Shown here piece by piece: positions 1 to 13,210 of a DNA stretch of 64,000 nucleotides. The stretch is from Camelus ferus (lineage: Eukaryota). The DNA is taken from NCBI RefSeq assembly GCF_009834535.1, contig NC_045696.1, positions 61,692,001-61,756,000 on the forward strand, given 5' to 3'. The translations under genes were made by a program, and so were the position numbers. The stretch's first letter is position 1, and every line of letters begins with the position of its first letter. Under the pieces are notes generated by a model. That model had not been told where the DNA came from. It worked only from the letters and a program-made list of their open reading frames with translations, and ran no database searches.

Positions 1-164
1 ACCTTATCTCTGAGTGGTAAAAATGTTTCGCTCTTGTTTAAGAAATGTTAACCAACAATTTGGGGTAGGAGAGAAAAGCAGACTTTCCTTGTGCTTGGAA
101 ATCACTTAATTCATACCAGAATTATCCCATCTGAGCTGGAATTTGAAGAGAATCATAGGATCAG

Positions 165-655
165 TGTTTTTATTTTATTTTATTTTTTTGCTCCAAAATA
201 TTTTATTAAAAGTTTTATATAAAAAAGATAGATATGTATCACACTGAATAATGTGCATTGAAAGCATGTGTATGGGTGTATTCCCTAATTTCTCTATAAA
301 ATTAACCAGCCATAATGGAGTTAGAGTACATATATTCATTTTTGGGAGGGAATCCTTCAGAGTACAAAATGTAGTGTTTTTTAAGTGCAAAAAAAGCTTA
401 TAATAAGATAGACTTTTAAAATTACAAATAAAAATCTGTACATCAAGGATATTTTTCAGGCCTTTCTGTGTGCATAGCACTGTGTAGAAAGAGAAGAGGA
501 CCTGCCCAGAGAGGACCCATCCCATCAGGTGTTACAGGTCTTGCAGGACCATCTTCTCTTTCCTCAAGGGAAATGTGTCGATCAGGTTGAAAAGGGCCAC
601 AGGCGTCACCAGGGAGACATAGCGCTCCTTGTTTTAGAGACTTGAATTCCATTTT
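165..655 (-). pseudogene. Possible 5'-truncated processed retrocopy of an unidentified mRNA 3' UTR
   Basis: Minus strand ends TTTTAATAAAATATTTTGGAGC followed by a degenerate A-tail (AAAAAAATAAAATAAAATAAAAA). The body has 3'-UTR-like composition and matches no repeat I recognise. No clean TSD. Confidence 0.45.
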
Positions 656-769
656 TTTCTATGCATATGGTTTGTTTTTTAATTGGGGTCATATTACATT
701 TATGATTAACATCTGATGGACCAACATGGTCCACTGAAAGACATAATTGTTAGGTGGTTTGATGCACAA

Positions 770-965
770 ATTCCAGAGCCAGGTGACTTCAGTTCAAATC
801 CTAGCTCTCCCATGTGTTATCTGTGTGTCCTTGGGGAGGTTATTAAACTGCTCTGTGCCTCAGTTTCCTTATCTACAAAATAGGCTTATTGGGAGGGTTA
901 AATAAGTGAATAGGTCGAAAACACTTAGAACAGTGTTCAACACTTAGTAAGGATTAGCTAGTATT
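770..965 (+). mobile_element. MIR SINE
   Basis: GTTCAAATCCTAGCTCT...CTCTGTGCCTCAGTTTCCTTATCTACAAAAT core. Other MIR/L2 relics near 4350-4470, 12720-12840, 20100-20290, 20870-21050, 22120-22320, 34090-34290 and 47290-47500. Confidence 0.75.
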
Positions 966-2045
966 TATTATAATTACATGTTAAAAGTTCGAGCCATCCA
1001 GAAATTTATTTTTAAAAATTTAAGAAAATCTCACTTAAACTCCTCCCACTTTAACTTCACTCCCCTCTCCACAGGCAATGATTAACAGTTAACTTGTGAC
1101 AATCCTTCAAGAGTTTTTATTGATTTCTTTTAATGATGGGAATATAAAATGCTCACTATCTGGCAACTTGTTTTTCTCACTTAACTATGCAGCTAAGAGG
1201 TATTTCCAGGTCACTAGTCTACCTCCTTGTTTTGATGGGCTTTACAATATGCCACGACATGAACACGCCACAATTTACTTATTGATGGATATTTGGGTTG
1301 TTTCCAATTCTCCACTATTATGTTCACTTTTTACTCGCTCTTTTCTTTTTGTCATTCAAAATCATCACACTGAAAATTTAGCAGGGCTTCCTCATTGCAC
1401 CACCATAGCTCATTTCCTATTGAGCAAACTTCTTCCTCAGGTCAGCTCTTGCCACACGCTGCAGGGGTGGGGGCTTTTTCCACGGAAAGAAGAAGTGGAA
1501 TTATCTATCCTAGGCCTTAGGAGCAAACATGCTCAGTCCCTTGACAGTGATGCCCACGCTGCCTGGCCCACATAGCACTGCTGCCCCTGGGGCTCCCGAA
1601 CAGCCCAATAACCTGAAACAACAAAATCAGCATCACTTTCCCTCCAGTGTGGTTGATGGCACTTGGTAAGTTTTAATAGATCTGGCAACAGACAGGATGC
1701 CTTCCCACAACACAGAAGAGATGCGAACCCTTTTTTGAAGCTTTCCCAATTGCCTCGGCCTATACTAATACTTCCCTTTTCCGAATTTCTTCAGCAAGAA
1801 TGCCTTCTAAGTGCACAACACCTTGTGAGGGTGAACCCCTGGGCCACAGAACCATGAGTTGTGGGAAGGTGTGAAATAGAAGACCATCACATACCCAAAT
1901 CTCATAGAAATCATGCTATTGTAAGAGGAGAGGCCCAGACGCAGAGACACTATGGAATATATTGGAGTTAATATGAACAAAAGGAAAGGGTAGATTTGAT
2001 GCAGGAATACCCACAACAAAAAAAGAAGGAAAGCAAAAGTGTAGC

Positions 2046-2205
2046 ACAGTGTTTCTCAAAAAGTCTGGGGAATTTGCTAGAAATGCAAATTCTTAGACCC
2101 CACTCCAGACCTACTGAATTAGAAACCCTAAGGGTGGGGCCCATCAGTCTGTGGTTTAACAAGCCCTCCAGGTGAGCCTGTACTTGGAAGTTTAAGAACC
2201 AGTGG
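2046..2205. mobile_element. MER5A-like hAT-Charlie MITE (second copy at about 2438-2615)
   Basis: CAGTGTTTCTCAAA...AAATGCAAATTCTTAGACCCCACTCCAGACCTACTGAATTAGAA...AGTTTAAGAACCAGTG. Confidence 0.75.
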
Positions 2206-2918
2206 TAGCAAAGAAGAGACTTTGGGGAAAAAGTCTCGGGAGAAGTAAAGCAAGCAGAGAGGACTCCAGGTGCTACTGATGCTTTCCCCATCATCAGCTG
2301 CTGCAGTCTGGACCTGGTGGTAGGAAGTGGAGGAACAAATCCAAGTGACACAGTGGTCCTTCACTTTAAGACGTGATGTGTGAGTAAGACAGTTATACAT
2401 GGTATGATGGGCTCAGTGCCAAAGTGATGGGAGAGACCAGTGGTTCCTAACCAAGGTGCCTTGGGAAAACCTGTTACAAATACAGATTCCTAGATCTGAT
2501 CCCATCCTGAGAGATTCTGATTCAGATCTGAGGAGTGACTGAGACTACACTTTTAAAAGCTGCTCAACTTTGTATGACAATTGTAAAGAGAAGCCTAGTT
2601 TGGGAAGCCTTGGTATAAACAGTGGTAATGAGGAGGTTCTGAGTAGGGAGGAGAGAACTCAAGCCTGGGATGGCTGCGAGACGCCAGCTAGCAGGAAGGG
2701 CCAAGCTCCCCTCCAGGGCCTGTGCTGAACACTGTCTCCTGGAGGGCCTGCTGGGCAGGAGAAGTACTGACGCCCAGGGCTAGAGTTCTGGCTAAAGCGT
2801 GGCCTCAGGATTTCTCTCCTTGGACAGAGGGGCACGCCTTGTCTGCCAAAGGTGGAGACTGGTGGAGGAGGCAGGACAGGAGGAAGGTCTTCTGAGGAAA
2901 CAAACCAAAGGGGGAAGG

Positions 2919-3010
2919 GGTTCCCTCCAGATATATGCCCAGGATGGGGATTATGCTGTACACCAGAAATTCACACATTGTAACTGACTATACTTCAATA
3001 AGGGAAAAAG
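2919..3010 (+). mobile_element. Very short lineage-specific L1 3' end with a 5'-inverted piece
   Basis: TATGCTGTACACCAGAAATTCACACATTGTAACTGACTATACTTCAATA matches the L1 terminus at 38735-38785. It is preceded by antisense-L1-like CCAGATATATGCCCAGGATGGGGATT. Confidence 0.65.
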
Positions 3011-3539
3011 GTGGTGGGGCATGATGATGAAGTCTTAAAGGTTAATGCTAAGTATCCAGCAAATTGTCAGCCTTCTAAAGGGCTACTAACCAAAAGACTG
3101 AGACTGGTTTTTTGTTTTGTTTTGTTTTGTTTTTTAAGAGAAGTGGGGATGAGAGGGACCATTGAGAAAGCTCCAGAAGTGATTGAGCTCGGACAAAGTT
3201 AAGGTTTATCTAGTCTCTGCTCTACAGTGCTGACGGTCATGGTCTTAAGAGAGGGGTTGCTGGGTCACCATCTGAGTTGGAGAGAAAGCCATCGTCTCCA
3301 GTAGTTTTCAAATTTTGATTTTAGTAGCAGAATTTTTAAGAAATACCTCAAGTGGAACTGGAACTGGATTAAACTGAAGGACATAAGAGCTGAGCTGCTG
3401 TGGTTAAATTGGGGATCCAGTTCCCACATCCTTGGTCTCCTTCCTATCTCTGAACAATTATCATTCCCCACCCCCTACCCCCACCCTGGCTCCCTGAGAT
3501 GCCACTCCATAGAGAGCAGTTTGAAAAACGCTGACCTGG

Positions 3540-4230
3540 TTAACCTCCCATCCAGCGCCTTGCTAGACTGCTTTCAGGGACAGCCAGATCACGACTTCAC
3601 AAAGTCATCCTTCCTATTGCTAGAAGCTTTGAACCTCAGAAAGTTCTTTCTTGTATTGAGGTAGGAACTGCTCCCTAAACATTCACCGCGCCTAGTTTTT
3701 CCCTCTGGAAGTACTGCTTCCACATGAAAAGTCTTTGAATAAATATTTGTTAAGAGTGATCTTCTCTTTTTCAGGCAAAGTCTTCATCACGTCTTCCAAT
3801 AGATCCTCGTGTGACATGGTCACTCTCTGTGGGACATACTCCAGTTTGTCAATGTCCCCTTTAAAATGAGGCTCCTGAAAGAGAACATGGCTCCAGACAG
3901 GATCTGGCCAGGACAGTGTGCAACGGGGCCATTCCTCCCCTTGACCTGGACATTAAGCTTCAATTAGTGCAGAGTGGGATTACATTAGCTTCCTTGGCAG
4001 ACACTCTCCAGTCTGTTCAGTTGGAATCTGCTGTCTATGAAACCCTCTCTGTTTCCCAGTAATTGCTGTTAAGTGAATTCTTTCCCATCCTGTGCTCCTG
4101 CAGTGGATATTTCTTAATGTAAGTGCTGGACTTTATTTTTAGCCCCATAATATTTCATCCTGTTGGTTTTAGTCCAGTCATTTAAAATACTATAAAATCT
4201 TGATTCTGTTCATCAGTGGCTTTATCTCCC
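3540..4230 (-). mobile_element. Ancient CR1/L3 LINE fragment (others at about 22750-23400 and 34480-35470)
   Basis: CR1-like phrases GAAAGTTCTTTCTTGTATTGA, GATTACATTAGCTTCCTTGGCAG and ATTTCATCCTGTT. Confidence 0.55.
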
Positions 4231-7200
4231 AACCTTAGTTGCCTTGAATTTTAGTGAGGGTTATTTTTGTACATTGGGAATACTGCTAACACATATCTGA
4301 ACTTAGGTGAGAGGTAGAAACGAGAGACATTATTTTAAACTTCCACTTATTAAATACTTATTCCTTGTCAGATACTGTACTATGCATACACTATCTTATT
4401 TAATCTTTAATTTTTACACTGGCCCAGTGAAGACAGGTATTAATACTGCATTTTACAAATGAGGAAGCTTAGAGGAAGGGAGAAAAATGACAATCTTCCC
4501 CTCAGTCATCAAACTCGGTGACTAGTGGGCATGCAGGTGCTTCTGCTCACACAGCATGTAAGCCCCACCCTGCGGTCTTAAAGGAAGATTTAGGCTCAAC
4601 TGTAGCTGAGAGCCTTGGACCAATGGGAGGAAGAGGAGAAAAATTTATTCTTGGGTCCTTCATCTTACAGTGACATCTCATCAGCCTTTTGAAGAAAATG
4701 AAATCAGGCACAGGTATGGACAAAAATTGAAAACAGCTAGAAAAAAGATGAAGTTGGATTTAAAAAAATAAAGCTTATTGAGTATATAATGCTATAAAGT
4801 GTGACTTGGTCATACAGGTGTTTTTAGTTACATAATCTTGGAATTTGCACTTGTGGCTTTATCAGGCTGACAGAATTTTTTTCCTTGATCTTCCTTTTTA
4901 GATTCTGCAGAAAGAAGTGATGATTAAGTGAAGGATTATCCCCATATCACCCTACTTTATTTACCTGCATAGTATTTATGAATACATGATATTTTTCTTA
5001 TTTACTTATTTCTCCCCACCGAAATGTGAGCTCCAGGAAAGCAGGGTCCCGCCTACCTTATTCTCTTCTATATCCTTGTTACCTAGAATAGTACTTGGCT
5101 TAAAATGAATGAATTTAAGTATGACCCAGAAAACCCAGCATTTTTAAAAGATTATTTTTAAATAACATAAAGGCTGAGCACAAGTCTCCCCTCAGACTCA
5201 TCCTGGATGTGGATGTAGGCACATTGTTTAAATTTTAAGAAAATATTAAACATCCTTTCAGGGCCAATCCAAAGCTAGTTTTTGATAAATTAAAATATAT
5301 ATATATATATACTGCCCTCTGATGGTAGTGGGGGTTTTTAGTTTTCATTTTTGCAGCAGTAGTTGGATATCCTAATTTCCTTAAGATCAAACTATGGCTT
5401 TGGGTAATGGCAGCGCCAAGGTGTGGCCTGGGAGGGACTATAAAGTGAACAATGTGTTTGCTATTCATATCCAAGGCAATTCTCCTAGCTACTCCCACCT
5501 ATCCCCAACCTTTCCAGCCAGGTTGCTGTCCCCGGCCCTCTTATTTGGGAGTCCCACTGGTCAAATTAGCAGTGCTAGGTGGGCCTGCCCAGAGGTGGTG
5601 TCAGGAAGATGGTGACACTGCTTGCTTGCTTGGGCCTGCTGGGACCCAAAGAAGGGTGACCCCCTCATACGGCAATTGTCCTTTATTTGTGTAACTTCTC
5701 AGTTTGGCCTTTTTCTCTTTTGCCTCAAGCTTTCCGCTCTTTCCTGCCTTCTGTTCTGAGCTCCTCTCATAGATGGAAATGTCAAAAGTTGGAAGTTTAA
5801 AATATGTCAGCCCATTATGTCAAAAGTATGCCTCAAAAGACAAAAAAGATGTTAATCCTTTTATCATATGGGCTATCAGGTGTCAAAGTATAATTTTCAA
5901 AATTTTAAAAACAATTCTCATAACCAATTTAATTTCATTTATAGCCAATATAAAATGAACACATGCTAAAGACTATTAACTCATTGATGAAGGGGACCAA
6001 TGAGATGGTATAGCTGGTTCCAAAAGTATTTTGAAGAACTAAGTATTTATATGTTTTCACAAAGGAATGTTAGAATAAAATTGCTAGATTAGAGACAAAA
6101 GTGGTTAATATCTTATTAGACAAATAAACCTATAAGTTATCTTCTCTACGGGACAGAAATTTTCAGGTTAACAGTGTCTGGGTTCTAATCAAATAGTAAA
6201 GCTCAAAGTCAAACACAGATACATTGTCCTAGAAAATTAAGCAGTCTTTGGGAAAGCTTTTAAACAACGCTGTAGTATAATATTGAAAAGACATGAGGCC
6301 CTTATGTTTTGTCTTATTTGTAAGTTTTGGATAATTTTTCATTACATAAGTTTTTTAATACACATTTTTATATAAATTTTATATTTTTAATATAAACCTT
6401 ATGTGTATTTCTCCTGTTAGTCTTTTCCCTGTTTTGGAGTGTGTTAGTATTTTTCAAATAGTAAACAGTGGATATAAGAGAGAAAACATAAATCTCTCAA
6501 AACTTCTTTTGTTACTGGTTGATAAGTCTAATTTCAGGGTGAAAGTGGTTAGAGTGGAGGAAAAAGAGGTAAAGTGAGAGAAGACTTTAAACGTTTTGGA
6601 TAAAATGAACTTTGAGGATTACATTAGGGTTTTAATTTATCCATTTTATTATGGTTCATTATCAGAAATAATGGATACTTCTAAGTTTCTTGTCAGTGGA
6701 GAATCCATTGGACCCAAAATGTGGAAATTATATAGTACTCATATCTAATAATAAGGAAAAGGGACAGTGGAATCAATAAATATTTAATAACAGTGATGAC
6801 AGATGCCTGGCTCTGGTTAAGATCTCCTTTTAAGTGTTGAGGCATATGGTAATTTTGCTGTCCCAACTACGTCATGCTACTACTAACAAGGTCAAGAAGG
6901 CAACCCTTATGGAATTTGCTAACCTAAGAGTTCTTACCAGAAACTGAAAGTTTCCTGGATCCATAGTCATATATCAGGGTGTCCATATTTAGGTTAGGAA
7001 CAAGGAGTATTCATTCAATATAAAGAAAATCCTGTCTTAAACATGTATTGCCAATTTTTTGTTTGTTTTTTTGCTTCTGGTGGGACACATATAGAAAGTT
7101 TTTTCTGACTTAAAAAAAAATCAGACCCTCTAATCTTTTATCACTTTTCTCCTCTGTACCTTTTCTCTCCCTCTTCCTAAGCATCTAATATTTAATCTCA

Positions 7201-7789
7201 TCCTTCTACAATTTCTTCTTTGAATTATTAATGCAGTTGCTCAAAGCTGTAGCAAGCATTTCATACCTACCCAAATGACTTTGGGATCTGGCTGACTTTC
7301 TTCTCTCCTTTGCCCATCATCAGTCAGTGGTCCCAGGATCTTTCAATATCTGAGCTATTGCTCCTTCAGACTCCTTAATTTCACATGGCTCCACAACTTT
7401 TTTGATTTTATGGACTTCCCTCTTTATCAGTCTTGGTCTGTAAAGTTCAGATGTTGAATCTCATCACTGCCAGGACTTACTGAACTTCTGATACCTATCA
7501 ACTCAGCACTTCCCTTCTCTGACTCAATTGCTTTATTGTTTTCTCCCAAGTTCACCTGTCACAACTTGCCAGACCTGCCCTCTTCTGCCACCCTTTCTAG
7601 TACTTTTCATTGTTCGGCCCCTCCCATTTGACTCAGCTTCCTTCCGGCTCAAAATGACTCCATCTAGCCTTAGATTCCAAGGTCCACCATATCAGTCTCT
7701 TCCCAGAGGTCTCTGGGCCTATGCTTAAAACACAAATGGACCCTACTGGGTCCAGCAATGAAAAAGGCCAATGGAAGAGATTTGTTCCT

Positions 7790-8270
7790 TTGTTAACAGG
7801 AATTTTTGGTTGCAAAAACAGAAAAATAGCCATTTGAATTGGTTTTAAAATGGGGACATTTGTTATTTCATGTAACAAAATGTCCAAAGGTAGGGCAGGC
7901 TCCAGGCGCAGTCTGCCGGAGCTCTGGCTCTGTCTTTCTGTGATTCTCTTTGTCCTGCCCTCATTAATGATTCATCCTCAGACTGGCCACAACATGCCTC
8001 CAACATTTCCAGGTGTCAGACTCAGATACAGCCATGTCCAGAGAAACAGAGGAGACATTTCTGTTCTTCAACAAATAGAGAACACCTTTTTCACAAGTTC
8101 CTGTAGAGCCTCCTTCACTCTCGTTGGCTAGAACTGGGTAACATACCCATTTCTAAACCAATCATAGACAATGAAATAGAACCACTGGGATTTACTGAGA
8201 CCAAAGAGGATTTGCCTCAAGATCAGAGATGTGTGCAGGAGGGGTTAAACCTGAACAAACAGTATTAGAC
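7790..8270 (+). mobile_element. Old MaLR LTR (MLT1J-like)
   Basis: TTTTTGGTTGCAAAAACAGAAA...CATTTCTAAACCAATCA motifs. Confidence 0.55.
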
Positions 8271-8608
8271 CTCAGCAGGCAATGAAGAAAGTGAAAGGAC
8301 AGGGTAATCTGCTATACAACAGAATCTGCCATAGTGTGAAATGGTGAACACTGAGAAGACAAAATAGCCATGAAAGCTAAAACTTGAGCTTGAAGGCTGA
8401 TTGTTCATTTAGCCATTAACAGTCTTGTAAACTTGTCCATGGGAAGTTCTTTTGTTAGTTTGTTTTTAGGAGAGAGGAGTTGAGGATAGGGGAGATCCTT
8501 TTCAGTTTGTGACTTCTAGAGTGTAGATTTTCATTTCATTCAGCCTACTTTCTCCGTCTACATTGAACACATCTAATCTCACCCTTCCATCTGAATAAAG
8601 CTCCTGCT

Positions 8609-9848
8609 TGATGAAATGAAAGTTCACATTTTAAAGCAAGTCAAGAAAAATTTAAACATAAACATTTCATGTGCCCATTGCACTTCCTCTCTCCCTTCTT
8701 GTGTGTACTGTGCATCTGCATCTCTCTCCAGTGGTAGGATGCCTGTTTTTCTTCCTCTGGCACCAGCCATGTAACTCCTTAGAAGATAACATTTTCTTTC
8801 CCAATCCTGTAAGGGGTCACTATGACCCCCTACTCACCGTGTATGTGCAGACATCTTTGGCGAACTTTATGTACAAGGCTAATATATCATTTCCCTTAAA
8901 GATAGTGATTGGTGCAGAACAGACTGGTCAGACAACCTGGGGGGATACTGGGTCACACTCAATGGAACTTCTTAGCTTAAATACTTCCTTGTGATCTTAT
9001 TAGTGTTACTAGATATATTACTTATATTCTGCCTATTTTACAAGATTACTGTTTCTTGCATTACCAAATGTGTGACTGAGTCTCAGATAAAATTAATGAT
9101 GATTAGGTGACCTGAAATGATTGACCAAATACATAGTCCTGTAAAATCAATGACTGTAGTAGTGTAACCTTTGATATGGGGAGAAGCAAGAGGAGGGAAC
9201 CATTTCCTGGACCATAACAGACTAGTAAGACAGGTGGTCCAGAGGCTTTTGGCTACTATTAACAGGGCCCAGTCCAGGAACAACACATTGAATGGCCTAT
9301 CAACAAAAGCCTCACCTGACTTGGAAATAGGCATTTTTCACACCATGGGACAAATTGGTCACAAAATGCCTCCCTAACCCTTGGTTAAAATTAAGACCGA
9401 AAGAGAAGGGATTGTAAAATAAAGAATGCTGCTCACCATCCAGTTCAAGAATTGAGTCATTAACCACTGCAGTCTCTGACCTACACTACACCTCGAATGG
9501 AATTCAGGGCAAATATCAGGATGAGGTCCTCTGTGCTCTGGGAAAACTGACAGAACTGGCCCTCAGATAGAGATTTTCATGAACTTGGATTCTTCCCATA
9601 CTTAGAAAAGCACTAAAACCGTTAATTAAGATGTCTGTTCCTTGTGACCAGCTGCAACCTTCTACCGAAATGTATGCTTGATGGCATGTACCCCCTTCGC
9701 CAAAATCACATATGTACTGACTCCCCCACCTACATCTTCCCCACAGTTCTTAGAGCTCTCTGGGAGACTGTCTCCCAGGTTATAATCCTCAGTTTGGCGT
9801 GAATAAAAATTTCCACTTCTTTCTTAGTTTGACCGTTTTTTGTTAACA
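8609..9848 (+). mobile_element. Solo LTR, ERV1-class-like (1240 bp)
   Basis: TG...CA termini (TGATGAAATGAAA ... TTTTTTGTTAACA) flanked by exact 4-bp TSD TGCT (8605-8608, 9849-9852). AATAAA at 9802-9807 near the 3' end. Confidence 0.8.
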
Positions 9849-10990
9849 TGCTCATCTCTCATTTTCACCCTAACTCCTCACTCTTACCCCCAGCTCTTCC
9901 TCAGTCTCACTATAATCAGCTGGCTCTGCCTGGTTCATTGAGGAGAAGACTGAAATCATGCACTTCTACCTGTACCTGGCATCGTAACTGGCCCAGAAAC
10001 AGTCTTCTCTCCTACTCTTCCCTTTCTTTGAAGCCATCCCTTTTTGGACATCTTGGGGAACTTCCACAGAGTAAATACTCAGAAAGTGTCCATTGAATGA
10101 ATACATTTATTCCATCTCTTCTCCAGTCTTTTTCAATCTCCACCTCTATTTGGGTTCAAAGAGGTTTTGCACATATCTTTGATCACCCTTGTTCATTAGA
10201 ATAAAAGATTGATAGATGTTGATTCTATTCCATTTCCTATTTTTTGAACAGCTTTATTGAGGTATAACTTATATACCACAAAATTCACCTGTTTTTAAGT
10301 GCACAAATCAATGAATTTTAGTGAAGTCACAGAATTGTGCAAACTTTACACAGTCAAGTTTCAGTGTTTCCATCACTCCCTGAGTATCTTTCATGCCCAT
10401 TTATAGTCAGTTACCATTGCTTAGTCCCAGCCCCAGGAAACCACTAATCTGCTTTCTGTCTCTATACAGTTTCCTTTTTTGGGCTATTTCATATAAATAG
10501 TTATGATATGTAGTCTGGCTCCTTTATGTGTTTTGTTGGTGAGTGGTATTCTCTTGTATGGATATTACACATTACATTTTGTTCCTCCACTCACCAATTG
10601 ATTGGTGTTGGGAGTTTTTCCACTTTTAGGCTATTATTAATAACACTGTTATGAACATTCGAGTACAGGTCTTTGGGTGGACATTTGTTTTCATTTCTCT
10701 TGCATAGATTCCTAGGGGTAGAATTACTGGGTAGTATAGTAAGTTTATGTGTAACTTTTTAACAAACTGCCAAAAACATTTTCCAAAGTAGCTGTACCAT
10801 TTTATATTCCCACCAGCAAAGTATGAGGGTTACAGTTTCTCTACATCCTCACTAACACTTATTATTACCTGTCTTTCTTTTACTGTAGACATTCTAGTGT
10901 GTGTGAAGTACTAGCTCATTGTAGTTTTAATTTACATTTCCCTAGTGGCTGAGATGTTGAGCATCTTTTCATTGCTTATTAACATTTGCA

Positions 10991-11112
10991 AGGGGGAGGG
11001 TATATAGCTCAGTGGTAAGAGTGTGTACTTAGTATGCACAAGGTCCTGAGTTCAATCCCCAGTACCTCCACTTACAAAAAAAATACATAAATAAAACCTA
11101 ACACCCCCCCAC
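10991..11112 (+). mobile_element. tRNA-derived SINE (camelid-type) inserted in an older L1
   Basis: GGGGAGGGTATATAGCTCAGTGG (A box)...GAGTTCAATCCC (B box) and A-rich tail. TSD TAACATTTGCA / TAAAATTTGCA. Confidence 0.88.
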
Positions 11113-11414
11113 TAAAATTTGCATATCTTCTTTAGTGAAATGTCTGTGCAAATGTTTTGCTCATTTAAAAACGGGTTGCTTCTCTTGTTATTGAGTTGTT
11201 AAGGGTTCTTTATATATACTGGATACAAGTCCTTTATCAGATATATGATTTGATGTTTTTTTCTCAGTCTGTGGATTGTCCTTTTATGTTCTCAATGTTG
11301 TCTTTGAAGTACAAAATTTTAAAAATTTTTATGAAGTCCAATATATATCAATTTTTTTTCTTTTATAGATCATGCTTTTGGTGTCAATTCGAAGAACTCT
11401 TTGCCTAACCCAAC

Positions 11415-11785
11415 TGTTATGGGCTGAATATTTCTGTATTTCCAAAATTAATTTGTTGAAACCCTACTCCCCAATGTGGTATTAGGAGGTGGGACTTTTG
11501 GGACGTGATTAGGATGAAATCATAGGGGTAGGGCTCTCATGAATGGGATTAGTGCCCTTAAAGGAGTCAGGAGAGAGTTTGCTTGCTCTGCTCTGCTCTC
11601 TACCACGTGAAGATACAACTAGAAGTCCATAGTCTGCACCTTTGAAGAAGGTTCTCACCAGAAACTGACCATGCTGTCACTCCGATCTCAGACTTTCAGT
11701 CCCCAGAACCGTGAGAAATAAAATTCTGATTTTTATAGGCCATCCAGTTTATAGCATTTTGTTATAGCAGCCTGAGCTGGCTGTC
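11415..11785 (+). mobile_element. MaLR LTR (MLT1A/MST-like)
   Basis: TGTTATGGGCTGAAT...ATGAATGGGATTAGTGCCCTTA...AGAACCGTGAGAAATAAA...TTTGTTATAGCAGCC. Confidence 0.78.
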
Positions 11786-13210
11786 TTAACCAAGGTCATG
11801 AAGATTTTCTCTTTTATTTTCTTCTAAAAGTTGTATAGTTTTAGCTTCTTCATTTAAACAAAGGAGATAGATCTGATGAACCTCTCAGGACATAATGTTT
11901 AACATGACTACTCATAGTCTTTCAACCTAGAGGGTGCTTGATACATACTTGCTTAATGGGTAAATAGGAAAAAACCCTTTAGCTCAATTCTTGGGCTGAT
12001 CCAGAGTTTCATATACAATCTTTAGTCAAGAATACAGTACACTAAGAGGTCCAAAATGAATTGCATTTCTAGGCTCACGTGTGAACAAACCTTCACCCTC
12101 AATGAGCCAGAGATTCTTAGGGATTCAGCAGAAACAGAGGATAACCTAGAGCCAAATGAACTTTCAGGGCAGCTCTTGAAGTATTTAGCTTCATAGTCTG
12201 AACATACATCTCTACAATTGGATTAGAGCTAGATCAGTTCTAAAGGGGACTGGAGGGTTAGATTTATCTAACAAACTAAATGAGCTAAAATTTGGTTAGA
12301 TATAGTATTAGGTAAAGAAAGACAAAGCAATGTATTTTCTTGTTTTAATGCGGAAGTCTTACTAAGTTTACAGACTGCAGAGAAAGCCAGCAGAGAATGT
12401 AGCTGAAAATGAGAAAGACAGGGGCAGAGAGAGAGCAAGAATAATTGATGAAGTCGAGTCACAAGAGAATCCAGAACCCTCTAGGGAAGCCAATTACTCT
12501 GCAGAGAGGGAATCAAGAGAAGGGGAGGGAAGAATATTCCCATTTCACTTTTATAACCTGGTATTTATCTAAAATTTTAAGGTAACAAATAGGTATTAAC
12601 TTTATAATGCAAAAACTTTTAAAAGAGCCCAGCAGAATTAGCGAATTAGCTTTGACATGATACATGGAAGGAAAAACTCCATTAACTGTTCAGCTCACAT
12701 GATCTCCCCCTTCTGCTCTAGACTGTGAACCTTGAAAGGAAAGGACTGGTGCACACTGCCATATCCCAGACTCTACAGCAGTACAGGCTCAGCATGCAGT
12801 AGGTGCTTGTTAATATATTACTGAAGGAATGAATGAATAAATGAAACTCTTTGGAGGCCAATCCCGCAGTATCTATTAAAATTCACAATGCACATACCTC
12901 GCAGTTCCCCTCCAGGCTTCGTTTATAGTCCTGCACACGTGCAAAATAGGGAATGTACAAGGTTTACCGTGGCCCTGTTTGTAATAGTGAAAGGGGAAAA
13001 CCACCTAAGGTCAACCTTTAAAATATATCATCTATATTTATACAATGAAATACTATGTAGTTATGGAAGGATCTTTCATTCTGAAAATTCTTTTGCTACC
13101 TTTGGCAAATACACATATGAGACATGACTATCTTAATTCCTTGGTAATATCACTAGAAGAATGATCTCTTTAATGAGGCTTTTTTTCCCCAGCTCTGAAC
13201 CTTCTGCTTT

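Larger units (their letters stand above)
10240..11860 (-). mobile_element. Old L1 (L1MA/L1MB-like) 3' region, interrupted by a SINE and a MaLR LTR
   Basis: Typical antisense L1 phrases CAGCTTTATTGAGGTATAA, TTCCCACCAGCAAAGTATGAGGGTT and GAGCATCTTTTCAT. Confidence 0.8.

Noticed and set aside
1096..1575. 159-aa ORF
   Set aside because: GTG start, overlaps decayed antisense L1-like sequence, no recognisable domain or splice context.
10991..11070. tRNA-Ala-like genes (all five copies)
   Set aside because: A-rich tails, TSDs, indels and broken stems show these are SINEs, not functional tRNAs.
1..13000. NRROS/LRRC33 exons expected upstream by synteny
   Set aside because: No leucine-rich-repeat ORF is seen; the gene must lie outside the window.
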